Below are positions 36,186 to 45,995 of a stretch of 52,476 nucleotides of DNA, piece after piece. A program made the position numbers and the translations under genes. The DNA comes from Candidatus Eiseniibacteriota bacterium (GTDB taxonomy: Bacteria > Eisenbacteria > RBG-16-71-46): positions 1 through 52,476 of the forward strand of contig JBGAOA010000028.1 in the NCBI GenBank assembly GCA_044222065.1, given 5' to 3'. The stretch's first letter is position 1; each line of letters begins with the position of its first letter. The notes beneath the pieces are model-generated. The model was not told the DNA's origin and did not search any database. It worked only from the letters and a program-made list of their open reading frames with translations.

Positions 36186-37063
36186 GCGTTCGCACGATCG
36201 CGGTGCTCGGCGGCGGCATCATGGGCCGCGGCATCGCGTACGTCTCCGCACTCGGCGGCTACCGCACGATCCTTCAGGACACGAGCAAGGCGCAGCTCGA
36301 GAAGGCCATGGCCGAGATCGACGCGACGCTCGAGAAGGGCATCGCGCTCGGCAAGGTCGAGGCGCAGGCCGCCACGCAAGCGCGCGCGCGCCTGTCGCTC
36401 GTGGACGGGCTCGACGAAGCGGCGCGCGACGCCGACCTCGTGATCGAGGCCGTGCCCGAGCGCATGGACCTCAAGGTCGAGATCTTCGCGGCGCTCGACC
36501 GCTTCGCCCCACAGCATGCGCTCCTCGCCTCGAACACGTCGTCGATGTCCATCACCGAGATGGCCGCCGTGACGAGCCGCGCGCCGCAGGTCGTCGGCAT
36601 GCACTTCTTCAATCCCGTCCCGCGCATGAAGCTGCTCGAGGTCGTGCGCGCGCTCGAGTCGAGCGACGCGGCGATCGCGGCCGCGTGCGAGGTGGGCGCG
36701 AAGATGGGCAAGGAGTGCGTCGTCGTGCGCGAGTCGCCCGGCTTCGTCACGAGCCGCATCAACGCGATGATCGGGAACGAGGCGTTCTACATGCTGCAGG
36801 AAGGCGTCGCGAGCGCGGAGGACATCGACAAGGCGCTCAAGCTCGGGCTCAACCACCCGATGGGGCCGTTCGAGCTCGTGGACCTGGTCGGACTGGACAC
36901 GCGGCTCTCGATCCTGCGCTTCCTGCACCGCACGCTCGGCGAGAAGTTCCGCCCGTGTCCGCTCCTGGAGCAGTACGTCGCCGCCGGCCGGCTCGGCCGC
37001 AAGTCGGGGCGCGGCGTGTACGACTACCCCGAGGCCGCGAAGCCCGCGGTGGCCGCGCGATGA
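36182..37063 (+). CDS. 3-hydroxyacyl-CoA (3-hydroxybutyryl-CoA) dehydrogenase
   Basis: GGGIMGRGIA, EAVPE....K, SNTSS, GMHFFNP and PMGPFEL.D.VGLD. The TTG start overlaps the bioY stop. Confidence 0.92.
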   Translation: MSVRTIAVLGGGIMGRGIAYVSALGGYRTILQDTSKAQLEKAMAEIDATLEKGIALGKVEAQAATQARARLSLVDGLDEAARDADLVIEAVPERMDLKVEIFAALDRFAPQHALLASNTSSMSITEMAAVTSRAPQVVGMHFFNPVPRMKLLEVVRALESSDAAIAAACEVGAKMGKECVVVRESPGFVTSRINAMIGNEAFYMLQEGVASAEDIDKALKLGLNHPMGPFELVDLVGLDTRLSILRFLHRTLGEKFRPCPLLEQYVAAGRLGRKSGRGVYDYPEAAKPAVAAR

Positions 37064-37842
37064 CGAAGAAGCGCGCGAAGAAGAAGACCGCCGCGCGCCG
37101 CGCGCCCGCGAAACGCGCGAAGAAGCGCACCGCGGCGAAGCGGCGTCCGTCCCGCGCGGCGCGGAAGCCGGCGCAGAAGGCGGCGAAGCGGCCGGCGACG
37201 AAGACCGCGAAGCGTCGCGCTCCGGCGTCGAAGCCGAAGGCGCGCGCGAAGGCCGCGAGGCCGAAGCCGCGCGCGAAGGCCGCGAAGCGCCCGGCGCTCA
37301 AACTCGTTCGGCGTCCCGCGCCGAAGCGCCCGGTGCCGGCGCCGTTCGCGGGCGCGAAGGCCGGCGCCTCCGCGAAGGAACTCCTGCTGTTCGAGTTCGT
37401 GCGCGCGCGCGTCGCGCTGCACGGCGCGATCCAGGGCATGACGTCGCCTTCGGCCGAGACGCCGATCGCGGCCGGCAAGTGGACGACGAAGCAGATCGTG
37501 CTGCACCTCGCGAACTGGGATCAGCAGGTGCTGCACCACCTCGACCGCCTCGCGCGCCACGACGCGAAGCCGGTCGAGTGGTCGCGCCAGGGCATCCAGG
37601 ACGAGAACGCGCGCGCGGTGAGCGAGTACGGCGCGCTCGACTGGGAGGCGGCGAAGCGCTTCCTGCACGCGCAGCGCGAGCGGCTCCTCGAGGCGCTCGA
37701 GTCCTATCCGGACGAACCCGCGGCGATGTGGCAGAAGCCGCACTCGGTCGAGTGGATCCTCCAGATCCTCGTCCACCACGACCGCAAGCACGCGGACCAG
37801 ATTCGCGCGTTCCGGCTCGGGGAAGGAACCGGCAAGGCCTGA
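37060..37842 (+). CDS. Histone-H1-like Lys/Ala/Arg-rich N-terminus fused to a DinB-like domain
   Basis: About 95 aa of K/A/R/P repeats, then W..K....HL..W and H...H..QI. Confidence 0.75.
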   Translation: MTKKRAKKKTAARRAPAKRAKKRTAAKRRPSRAARKPAQKAAKRPATKTAKRRAPASKPKARAKAARPKPRAKAAKRPALKLVRRPAPKRPVPAPFAGAKAGASAKELLLFEFVRARVALHGAIQGMTSPSAETPIAAGKWTTKQIVLHLANWDQQVLHHLDRLARHDAKPVEWSRQGIQDENARAVSEYGALDWEAAKRFLHAQRERLLEALESYPDEPAAMWQKPHSVEWILQILVHHDRKHADQIRAFRLGEGTGKA

Positions 37843-37941
37843 TTCCGCCGCGCCGGAGGCGCGGTCCGGCGTGATCTTTCCGCTCCTGCGCCGGTCTCAC
37901 GGGTGTCCCGCACCGCGTCGCCGACGCCGGAGGTCGCTCCC

Positions 37942-39052
37942 GTGCATCCCGCCCCGAAATCCCGCCGACTCGCGCTCGCGCTCGCCGCGCTCGCGCTGCT
38001 CGCGGGTGCGCCCCCGGCGCGGGCCGCGAACCTGTTCGGACTCGTGACGACCGGCGAGCTCTACCGCTCGACCGATGGCGGCACGACCTGGAGCGCGCTC
38101 GCGACGCTGCCGGTGCGCGACGCGGTCGCGCTCGCGGCGCGGTTCTCGTCGAGCGAACTGTTCCTCGCCTCGCGCACGGGTGGCGTCCATCGCTCGCTCG
38201 ATGGCGGCGCGAACTGGGCGGCGGCCGGTGCGCTCGCGGCGAGCGACGTCGAAGACCTCGCGATCCGCCCCGACGGGACGCTGCTCGCGCTCACGGCGAG
38301 CGGATCCGTCCACGCTTCGAGCGACCAGGGCGCGACGTTCGCGCCGCTCGGTGCGCTCGCGGTCTCGAACGCCGTGAGCCTCGCGGTCACGACGCCGGCG
38401 GTCGCGCTCTACGCGCTCACGCGCACGGGCGAGGTGTACGCGAGCGCCGACGGCGGCGCGACGTGGGCCGCGCGCGGCGCGATCGCCGTGTCCGATGCGC
38501 GCCGCATGCGCGCCGTGCTCGGCACGCTGTTCGTCATCACCGACGCGGGCGACGTGTACTCGAGCGGCGACGCGGGCGCGAACTGGTCCGCGATCGGAAC
38601 GCTGTCGCAGGTCGGCACGCGCGGTCTCGTGCGCAACGCCGGCGCGCTCGCGGCCGCGACGAAGGAGGGGCACGTCGCGACGTCGGCGACCGGCGCGTCG
38701 TGGACGTGGCGCGGTTCGATCGACCAGCTCGAACTGACCGCACTCGCCTCGGACGAGCCGGCGACGACGGCGGTCGAGGACGTGGCGGGCGGCGCGGCCG
38801 CGCTCGCGCCGCCGTACCCGAACCTGTCGAGCGGGGAGGGCGCGTTCGCGATCCGCCTCGATCGCGACGGCGGCGACGCTCGAGCTGTTCGACCCTCACG
38901 GGCGCCGCGTCGCGCGGCGCGCGCCCGAGCGGCTCGGCGCCGGAACGCACGCGCTCGCGTGGCGGCCCGGCGTGACGCACGCGGGGCTCTACTTCGTGAG
39001 GCTCGGAACGCCCGCGGGCTCGGCCGTGCGGCGCTGGACGATCCTGCCGTGA
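37942..39052 (+). pseudogene. Secreted BNR/Asp-box beta-propeller protein with a T9SS/FlgD-like tail, frameshifted near 38870
   Basis: Repeated S.DGG.TW boxes. After PYPN the shifted frame reads ATLELFDPHGRRV...GLYFVRL...RWTILP* (stop at 39052). Span is 3n+1. Confidence 0.75.
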
Positions 39053-39092
39053 GCGCCGCGGCGCCGGCGCGTTCGCCGGCGCCGCGCGCGGT

Positions 39093-40361
39093 TCACAGCC
39101 CCTTCGGGATCGCCGCCGTCAGGATCTCTGGGCCCTGCGGCGTGATGCGCACGTTGTCCTCGATGCGGATCCCGCCGAAGCCCTTGAGTGCGTCCGCGCG
39201 CTCCCAGTTCACGGCGTCCTTGAACGTCTCGCGGCGCTCGCGGTTCTCGAGCAGCGCCGGCACGAAGTAGATGCCGGGCTCGACCGTGATCACGTAGTCC
39301 TCGCCGAGCGGCAGGTCGGTGCGCAGCGTCGAGAGCATCGCCGGCCGTTCCGCACGGTCGCCGGGCAGCCGTCCGCTCGCATCGCGCACGCCGAGCCCGA
39401 GCAGGTGCCCGAGGCCGTGCGGGAAGAACAGCGTGTGCGCGGAGCGCTCGACGAGCGAGTCGGGTTTGCCCTTCATGATGCCGAGCGAGACGAGCCCTTC
39501 GACCATGTCGCGCGCGGCCGTGAGGTGCAGGTCGCGCCACGGCGCGTTCACGACGCACGCCTCGCACGCGCGCTCCTCGGCGCGCAGCACGATCGCGTAG
39601 AGGTCGCGCTGCAGCGCGTCGAACGCGCCGGTGACGGCGTACGTGCGCGTGACGTCGCTCGCGTAGCGCTTCACCGACGCGCCGGCGTCGATCAACAGCA
39701 GCTCGCCCGAGCCGAGCACGCGGCCCGACGATGGCGAGTGCAGGATCGCCGAGCGCGGCCCCGAGGCGACGATGCTCTCGTACGCCGTGCCGTCGCCGCC
39801 GTGCCGGAAGAACTCGGCCTCGAGCTCGATCTGGAGCTGGCGCTCGGAGACGCCCGGTCGGATCCGCTCCTTCACCTTCGCGTAGCCCGCCGCACTCGCC
39901 GCCGCGGCGAGACGCATGCGCTCGAGCTCGATCGGGTCCTTCGGGCGCCGCGCGTGCGACAGCAGCTCGCGCAGTTCGTTCGTGCGCAGCGGATCGGACG
40001 CGAGTCCCGCGAGCGGCACGCCGAGCTGGACGACCGGACGTCCGCGGCGCTTCGCGAGCCAGCCGGGCAGCTCGTTCAGCGAATCGCCCCACTCCTGTTC
40101 GCGGCCTTCCCACAGCTTCTCGCGCTCGGTCACGTCCGGGACGAAGTCGCGCCAGCCGTCCGCGGGATCGAACGCGACGACGGCGCCGGCCGTGTCGCGG
40201 TCGGCGAGCCACACGTACTCCGCGTGGGCGAGGAACGGGTAGGTCTGGTCCGCGCCGCCCGGGATGCCGATGGGCTCCCCGGCGCCGACCAGCACGATTT
40301 CGTCTTTCAGTCCCCACGCGGCGGCGGCGCGCGCGCGGCGGGCGGCGAGATAGGCGTGCAT
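39093..40361 (-). CDS. pepP: Xaa-Pro aminopeptidase (M24B)
   Basis: LIDAG.....YASDVTRT, PHGLGH.LGL.V, TVEPGIYF and GGIRIED motifs. Confidence 0.85.
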   Translation of the reverse strand: MHAYLAARRARAAAAWGLKDEIVLVGAGEPIGIPGGADQTYPFLAHAEYVWLADRDTAGAVVAFDPADGWRDFVPDVTEREKLWEGREQEWGDSLNELPGWLAKRRGRPVVQLGVPLAGLASDPLRTNELRELLSHARRPKDPIELERMRLAAAASAAGYAKVKERIRPGVSERQLQIELEAEFFRHGGDGTAYESIVASGPRSAILHSPSSGRVLGSGELLLIDAGASVKRYASDVTRTYAVTGAFDALQRDLYAIVLRAEERACEACVVNAPWRDLHLTAARDMVEGLVSLGIMKGKPDSLVERSAHTLFFPHGLGHLLGLGVRDASGRLPGDRAERPAMLSTLRTDLPLGEDYVITVEPGIYFVPALLENRERRETFKDAVNWERADALKGFGGIRIEDNVRITPQGPEILTAAIPKGL

Positions 40362-40627
40362 GGAATCCTCTGCGAGTCGGGTGGACGGGACGGCGTGAGC
40401 GCGCGGACCGTGCCCCCGCGCGCCGTCCGCGCGCAAGTCGCGCGCGACGAGCGGGGCGCATCGCGAGGGCGGGCGCGGCCGAACGCGTTCCGGCGCGGCC
40501 GCGCCCAGGAGCGCCCGACTCTCGACATCGCGCGGCGATCCCGCCATCATGGCGCGCGCTCATCGCACGCGGCGCCTCGCCGCATCCCAAGATCCGCGCG
40601 GCGGATCGCACCGAAAGGCTCAGACCC

Positions 40628-42091
40628 ATGACCGACACGCTCGCTCCGGTCCGGCCGGGCAAGCTCATCATCAACGGCGAGGCCGTGGACGCCGCCTCGG
40701 GCGAGACGTTCACGACCGTCAATCCCGCGACCGAGGAGCCGATCACGCAGGTCGCGCTCGCGGGCGCCGAGGACGTGGATCGCGCCGTGCGCGCGGCGCG
40801 CGCGGCGTTCGACTCGGGTCCGTGGCCGAAGATGTCGGCGGCCGATCGCCAGCGCGTGCTGTGGAAGCTCGGCGACCTGATCCTCGCGAACGCCGACGAG
40901 ATCGCGCGGCTCGAGACGCTCGACAACGGCAAACCGATTTTCGAATCGCGTCAGATCGACATCGCGATGGTCGCGAACTGCTTCCACTACTTCGCCGGCT
41001 GGGCGACGAAGCTCGCGGGCGAGACGCTGCCCGTGAACCCGGGCTTCCTCACGTACACGCTGCGTGAACCGCTCGGCGTCGTGGGCGCCATCATCCCGTG
41101 GAACTTCCCGATGATCATGGTCGGCTGGAAGGCCGCGCCGGCGCTCGCGGCGGGGAACACGGTCGTGATCAAGCCCGCCGAACTCACGCCGCTGTCCGCG
41201 ATCCGCATCGGCGAACTCGCGATCGAAGCGGGTCTGCCGCCGGGCGTCTTCAACGTCGTCCCGGGCCGCGGCTCGGTCGCGGGCGAGGCGCTCGTGCGTC
41301 ATCCGATGGTGGACAAGATCAGCTTCACGGGCTCGACGTCGGTCGGCCAGCACCTGATGCGCACCGCCGCCGACTCGGTGAAGAAGCTCACGCTCGAACT
41401 CGGCGGCAAGTCGCCGAACATCGTGTTCGCCGACGCCGACCTCGAGGGCGCGCTGCGCGGCGCCACGACCGGAATCTTCTATGGCAAGGGCGAGGTGTGC
41501 GCCGCGGGCTCGCGGCTGCTGGTCGAGCAGGGCATCTACGACGAGTTCGTCGCGAAGCTCGCCGAGCGCGCGAAGAAGCTCGCGCCCGGCGATCCGCTCG
41601 ATCCCAAGACCCGGCTCGGCGCGCTCGTGTCGAAGGAGCAGATGACGAAGGTGCTCGGCTACGTCGAGACCGGCGTGAAGGAAGGGGCGAAGCTCGTCGC
41701 CGGCGGCGAGCGCGCGCCCGTGAACGGCAAGGGTTCGTTCGTGCAGCCGACGGTGCTCGCGGGCGTGAACAACGCGATGAAGGTCGCGCAGGAAGAGATC
41801 TTCGGCCCGGTGCTCGCCGTGATCCCGTTCTCCGACGAGGACGACGCCGTGCGCATCGCGAACGACACGGTGTACGGGCTCGCGAGCGGCGTGTGGACGC
41901 AGAACGTGAAGAAGGCGCACCGCGTCGCGCGCCGCCTCCAGGCGGGAACGGTGTGGGTGAACGCGTACAACTTCTACGACGCCGGCATGCCGTTCGGCGG
42001 CTACAAGCAGTCGGGCTTCGGCCGCGACCTCGGGCCCGACTGCCTGAACGACTACACCCACGTGAAGAGCGTGTGGGTGGCGCTGTCCTGA
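40628..42091 (+). CDS. NAD(P)-dependent aldehyde dehydrogenase
   Basis: PWNFP, FTGST, LELGGKSP, catalytic Cys in GEVC, EEIFGPV and PFGGYKQSG. Confidence 0.95.
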   Translation: MTDTLAPVRPGKLIINGEAVDAASGETFTTVNPATEEPITQVALAGAEDVDRAVRAARAAFDSGPWPKMSAADRQRVLWKLGDLILANADEIARLETLDNGKPIFESRQIDIAMVANCFHYFAGWATKLAGETLPVNPGFLTYTLREPLGVVGAIIPWNFPMIMVGWKAAPALAAGNTVVIKPAELTPLSAIRIGELAIEAGLPPGVFNVVPGRGSVAGEALVRHPMVDKISFTGSTSVGQHLMRTAADSVKKLTLELGGKSPNIVFADADLEGALRGATTGIFYGKGEVCAAGSRLLVEQGIYDEFVAKLAERAKKLAPGDPLDPKTRLGALVSKEQMTKVLGYVETGVKEGAKLVAGGERAPVNGKGSFVQPTVLAGVNNAMKVAQEEIFGPVLAVIPFSDEDDAVRIANDTVYGLASGVWTQNVKKAHRVARRLQAGTVWVNAYNFYDAGMPFGGYKQSGFGRDLGPDCLNDYTHVKSVWVALS

Positions 42092-42101
42092 GCGCGCGCC
42101 C

Positions 42102-43286
42102 GTGAGCGCTTCGAACGTCTGGCTCGTGGGCGGCGTGCGCACGCCGATCGGGAACTTCGGCGGCGCGCTCGCCGGTTCGAGCGCTGCGGCGCTCGGCGGA
42201 GTCGCGGCCCGGGCCGCGCTGGAGCGGGCGCGCGTGCCGCTCGAGGCGGTGGACGAAGTGATCGTCGGCCACGCGCGCCAGGCGGGGAACGGCCCGAACC
42301 TCGCTCGCCAGGTCGTGCGGCGCGCGGGCCTCGCCGACGCCGTCCCGGCGTTCGCGATCAACAAGGCGTGCGCTTCCGGGATGCAGGCGATCGTCACGGC
42401 GTCGCACGGCGTGCGCCTCGGCGAATCGCACGTCGTGCTCGCGGGCGGCACGGAGCACCTGTCGAGCGTCCCGTACCTCGCGACCGACGTGCGCTGGGGC
42501 AAGAAGCTCGGCGACGAGCCGCTCGTGGACGCGATGTACCGCGACGGTTACCTGTGCCCGCTCTGCGACCAGCTGATGGGCGAGACGAGCGAGACGCTCG
42601 CGTCCGAGTACGCGATCACGCGCGAGGAGCAGGACGCCTACGCGCTGCGCTCGAACCAGCGCGCCGCGCGCGCGTGGGACGAAGGGCGCTTCGCCGCCGA
42701 GGTCGTGCCGGTGACGGTCGGCGAAGGGAAGCGCGCGGCGACGGTCGAGCGCGACGAACACTTCCGCGCCGACGCGACGCTCGGCGAGATGGCGAAGCTG
42801 CGGCCGGTGTTCCGCAAGGACGGCACGATCACGGCGGCGAACGCGAGCGCGATCACGGACGGGGCGGCGGCGATCGTCGTCGCGTCCGAGGACGCGGTGA
42901 AGCGCCACGCCCTCGCGCCGCAGGCGCGGCTCGTCGGTGCGGTGAGCGTGGCCGTGGACCCCGCGCGCATGGGGCTCGGACCCGTGCCGGCCGTGCGCGC
43001 GCTGCTGCCGAAGCTCGGCCTGACGCTCGCGCAGATGGACGTGATCGAACTGAACGAGGCGTTCGCCTCGCAGGTGCTCGCGTGCGACCGCGAGCTGGAG
43101 TTCGATCCCGAGCGCCTGAACCCGAACGGCGGCGGCATCTCGCTCGGGCATCCGACGGGCTGCAGCGGCACGCGCATCGTCGTGTCGCTCGTCGCCGAGC
43201 TCGCGCGCGTGAAGGGCCGCTACGGCCTCGCGACGCTGTGCGTCTCGGGCGGGCAGGGGATGGCGCTCGTCGTGGAGCGGGTGTAG
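42102..43286 (+). CDS. Acetyl-CoA C-acyltransferase (thiolase)
   Basis: RTP.G, NKACASG, NAS.I.DGA, NEAFA, GHP.G.SG and LCVSGGQG motifs. Confidence 0.95.
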   Translation: MSASNVWLVGGVRTPIGNFGGALAGSSAAALGGVAARAALERARVPLEAVDEVIVGHARQAGNGPNLARQVVRRAGLADAVPAFAINKACASGMQAIVTASHGVRLGESHVVLAGGTEHLSSVPYLATDVRWGKKLGDEPLVDAMYRDGYLCPLCDQLMGETSETLASEYAITREEQDAYALRSNQRAARAWDEGRFAAEVVPVTVGEGKRAATVERDEHFRADATLGEMAKLRPVFRKDGTITAANASAITDGAAAIVVASEDAVKRHALAPQARLVGAVSVAVDPARMGLGPVPAVRALLPKLGLTLAQMDVIELNEAFASQVLACDRELEFDPERLNPNGGGISLGHPTGCSGTRIVVSLVAELARVKGRYGLATLCVSGGQGMALVVERV

Positions 43287-43310
43287 CGCGAGAGGGCGGG
43301 AGAACGATCC

Positions 43311-44087
43311 GTGGACACGCCGTCATCCTCGATCAGCCTGGTCTTCGCCTCGTGGGACTCCTTCAAGCTGTGGTGGCGCAGCCGCCTCATCGGAAAGCAG
43401 CCCTTTCAGCGCGGCCGCTTCCTGTTTCGCGGGCACGGTCGCGAAGATTGGCCCCTTCGCTCCTACTTCGACCGGCGGTTCCAATCTCCGGCGGGCGGAC
43501 AGTCTCTGGTCGGCCTTGCGGACGAATTGCTCACCACTTTCCGGACCGGGCTCACCGATCGCGGCGTTGCGCGCGACGTGCTGGAGGACCCCCGGCTTCT
43601 CCATGCGTTCGCGCAGCACCACGGCGTGCCGACGCGGCTGCTGGACTGGTCTGAGAGCCCATATGTCGCCGCGTTCTTCGCGTACTGGTACCGATTCGAG
43701 CACGAGCGAGACTGTCGCGACGAGTACGTCGTCGTCTGGGTGCTCGACAGTTCACATCCTGTCTGGTCCGGTTCGTGGGGCGCCGAGATCTTCTCCGTGC
43801 CTACGAATGGAAACCCGCGCATCCGCAATCAGTCGGGCCGCTTCACTCTTCTCCGCACGCACCATGACTCGCTGGAGTCGTTCGTGCGCGACGCGGCCCG
43901 AGCCGGTATCGAGGTCGAAGGAGCACTGACGCGGCTGCTTCTTCCGGCGTCGGAGGCGACAAGCGCGCTCCAGGACCTCGACGTAATGGGCGTCGGATTC
44001 GAGACGCTCTACCCTGACGTCGAAGGGGCCGCGCGCGCGGCGCTTCTGCGCTGTGCGATCCGCCATCAGGTGCTCATCCGTCCCTGA
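43311..44087 (+). CDS. FRG domain protein
   Basis: FRGH, AQHHGVPTRLLDWSESPYVAAFFA, N.RI..Q.G.F and TLYPD motifs. Confidence 0.88.
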   Translation: MDTPSSSISLVFASWDSFKLWWRSRLIGKQPFQRGRFLFRGHGREDWPLRSYFDRRFQSPAGGQSLVGLADELLTTFRTGLTDRGVARDVLEDPRLLHAFAQHHGVPTRLLDWSESPYVAAFFAYWYRFEHERDCRDEYVVVWVLDSSHPVWSGSWGAEIFSVPTNGNPRIRNQSGRFTLLRTHHDSLESFVRDAARAGIEVEGALTRLLLPASEATSALQDLDVMGVGFETLYPDVEGAARAALLRCAIRHQVLIRP

Positions 44088-44164
44088 CCGGATTCGACGC
44101 GATCGCGCGGCAACGATCGGCGCTTTCTCCTGAACCCGCGCGCCGCTCCGGCCGATACCGTGGC

Positions 44165-45241
44165 ATGGCCGCGCACGACCTCCAGGACGAGCTTCGAACC
44201 GAGCGCTGGTGCGCCGGACTCCGATTCGCGGGCACGCGGCCGCTCGCGCCCGCGGAGCGCGCGACGCTCGTCGAACGCGTGAGCCGGCTGCACGGACTGC
44301 TCGTGCGCATGGCGGTCACCGCCGTCGTCCTGCTCGTCTGGCCGCTCGCGCTCGCCGCCGTCCGCGCCGGTGACCTGCCGCGCGACGGGGGCGGCATCGC
44401 GCTCGTCGCCACCATCGTCGCGGGGTGGGTCATCGGGATCCCGATCCTCGGCGTGCTCGGCTTCGACCTGTGGCGCACGCGCCGCCGGCACCTCGGCGAC
44501 CTCGCGCGCGGCGAGATGCTCGTCTTCGAAGGCTCGTTCGCGGTCGGCGAGGAGCTCGACGATGAGCAGCAACGCCTCGTGGCGAACGGCCTGCTCGAAT
44601 CGGGCGGCGAGGGCCCGCAGCGGCTCGAGGTGCTCGCGGCCTCGCGCACGATTCCCTGGCGCGACGACCTCGGCCGCGACCGCTTTCACGCCGTGTGGAT
44701 GTACGAAGTCGCCGAGGGCCCGGGCTATGCGATGCGCGTGCCGCTGGCGCGCGACGTCGCGTGGTCGAGCGCCGATCCGGACGTGCGCTTCCTCAAGCGC
44801 ATGCTGAACGCGTCCGAGCAAGCCGAGATCCGCCGCCACATTCGGCGGCTCGAACGCCCGAACGTCGTCACGATCCTCATGATGACGATGCTCGCGGTGT
44901 CGCTCGGCGTCGTGGGCGCGTTCCTGCCGAACGGCCTCGGCCCGGTCGTGCGTGGCGCGCCCGCGCTGCTGCTCCAGATTCCGCTGTCGCTCATCGCGCT
45001 CGGCGGCTACCTGCGCGACGTGCGGCTCGCGTACAAGCTGCGGCTCGACGCGCACACCGGCTGGGCGCTCACGATGGAGCGCGAGGCCGAGATCGTGCAC
45101 CTCGCCGACGGCACGACCGGCGAGGCGATCGCGTACGACGCTGAGCCCGAGGTCGTGCGCGAGTTCCTGCCCCACTCCCACACGGTGTGGAGCGAGGCGG
45201 GAAAGCCGGCGCGCTGGCGGGACCTGCGGCTCGGCGTCTGA
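44165..45241 (+). CDS. Hypothetical membrane protein (two TM hairpins)
   Basis: 358-aa ORF with GC3-biased codons and two pairs of hydrophobic helices. Confidence 0.65.
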   Translation: MAAHDLQDELRTERWCAGLRFAGTRPLAPAERATLVERVSRLHGLLVRMAVTAVVLLVWPLALAAVRAGDLPRDGGGIALVATIVAGWVIGIPILGVLGFDLWRTRRRHLGDLARGEMLVFEGSFAVGEELDDEQQRLVANGLLESGGEGPQRLEVLAASRTIPWRDDLGRDRFHAVWMYEVAEGPGYAMRVPLARDVAWSSADPDVRFLKRMLNASEQAEIRRHIRRLERPNVVTILMMTMLAVSLGVVGAFLPNGLGPVVRGAPALLLQIPLSLIALGGYLRDVRLAYKLRLDAHTGWALTMEREAEIVHLADGTTGEAIAYDAEPEVVREFLPHSHTVWSEAGKPARWRDLRLGV

Positions 45242-45464
45242 CCGCCGGCCGCTGCGGCGCCGCGTCCCGCACGCGGCGGCACGCGCTTGCGGCCTTGCCG
45301 CTGTGACCTCACGGCGTTCCAGCGCGCGTTCTGCACGGCCGCTTCACGATTCGCTGAAGTCGGATTCACGCGTGCCGATACACGGAAGGGAACGAATCAC
45401 GCGGCGTACTTCTTCACGCAGAAGTAGGAAGCACTGCTCCCCTCGCGACTCGGGAGGTAGCGGT

Positions 45465-45797
45465 ATGTCACGCCGGAGAAAGTCCAAGGACACGGATCTC
45501 AACGCGTCGTTGCTCGCCGCCGTCGCGGACGCGCACGCCGCCGCCGAGACCGCGGCGCGCATCGCGACGCAGACGGCGGAGTGGGCGATGCGTTCGGGCC
45601 TCGCGGAGGACGATGCGGCCGAAGCGGTGAAGGCCGCCGTCCGTGCGCGACAGGCCGCGGACGTCGCCGAGGGCGCGACGACGCTCGAGGACGCCTGGGA
45701 AGCGGCCCGCCTCGCGTGGGCCGCGGTGAGCACCGCGCACGAGGCCGACGGCCGCGTGAGCGCGGCGATCGTGGAGAGCATGATGCGCGCGGCGTAA
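45465..45797 (+). CDS. Hypothetical Ala-rich helical protein
   Basis: RBS GGGAGGT, 110 aa, followed by a terminator. Confidence 0.65.
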   Translation: MSRRRKSKDTDLNASLLAAVADAHAAAETAARIATQTAEWAMRSGLAEDDAAEAVKAAVRARQAADVAEGATTLEDAWEAARLAWAAVSTAHEADGRVSAAIVESMMRAA

Positions 45798-45861
45798 TGC
45801 CGCAGCCGCGAGTTCGCGGCGATCGCGGAGCCGGCCCATGCGAGGGACGGACCTTCCGCCG

Positions 45862-45900
45862 CCGGAGACCGAGGCTAGACCTCGGTCTCCGGTTTCGTTT
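45862..45900 (+). terminator. Rho-independent terminator
   Basis: 13-bp stem CCGGAGACCGAGG-CTAGA-CCTCGGTCTCCGG followed by TTTCGTTT. Confidence 0.8.
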
Positions 45901-45995
45901 CCGGCCCGGATCGATGGCCGCTGCGGAACGACCGGGCGAGTGCCGATCACAGGGGCGTCCACGGCGGCAGGTCCGCGAGCGACGAGGAGGGCGCG

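Noticed and set aside
37903..39270. 455-aa ORF as annotated in the track
   Set aside because: The C-terminal part is out of frame and overlaps pepP. The real tail ends at 39052.
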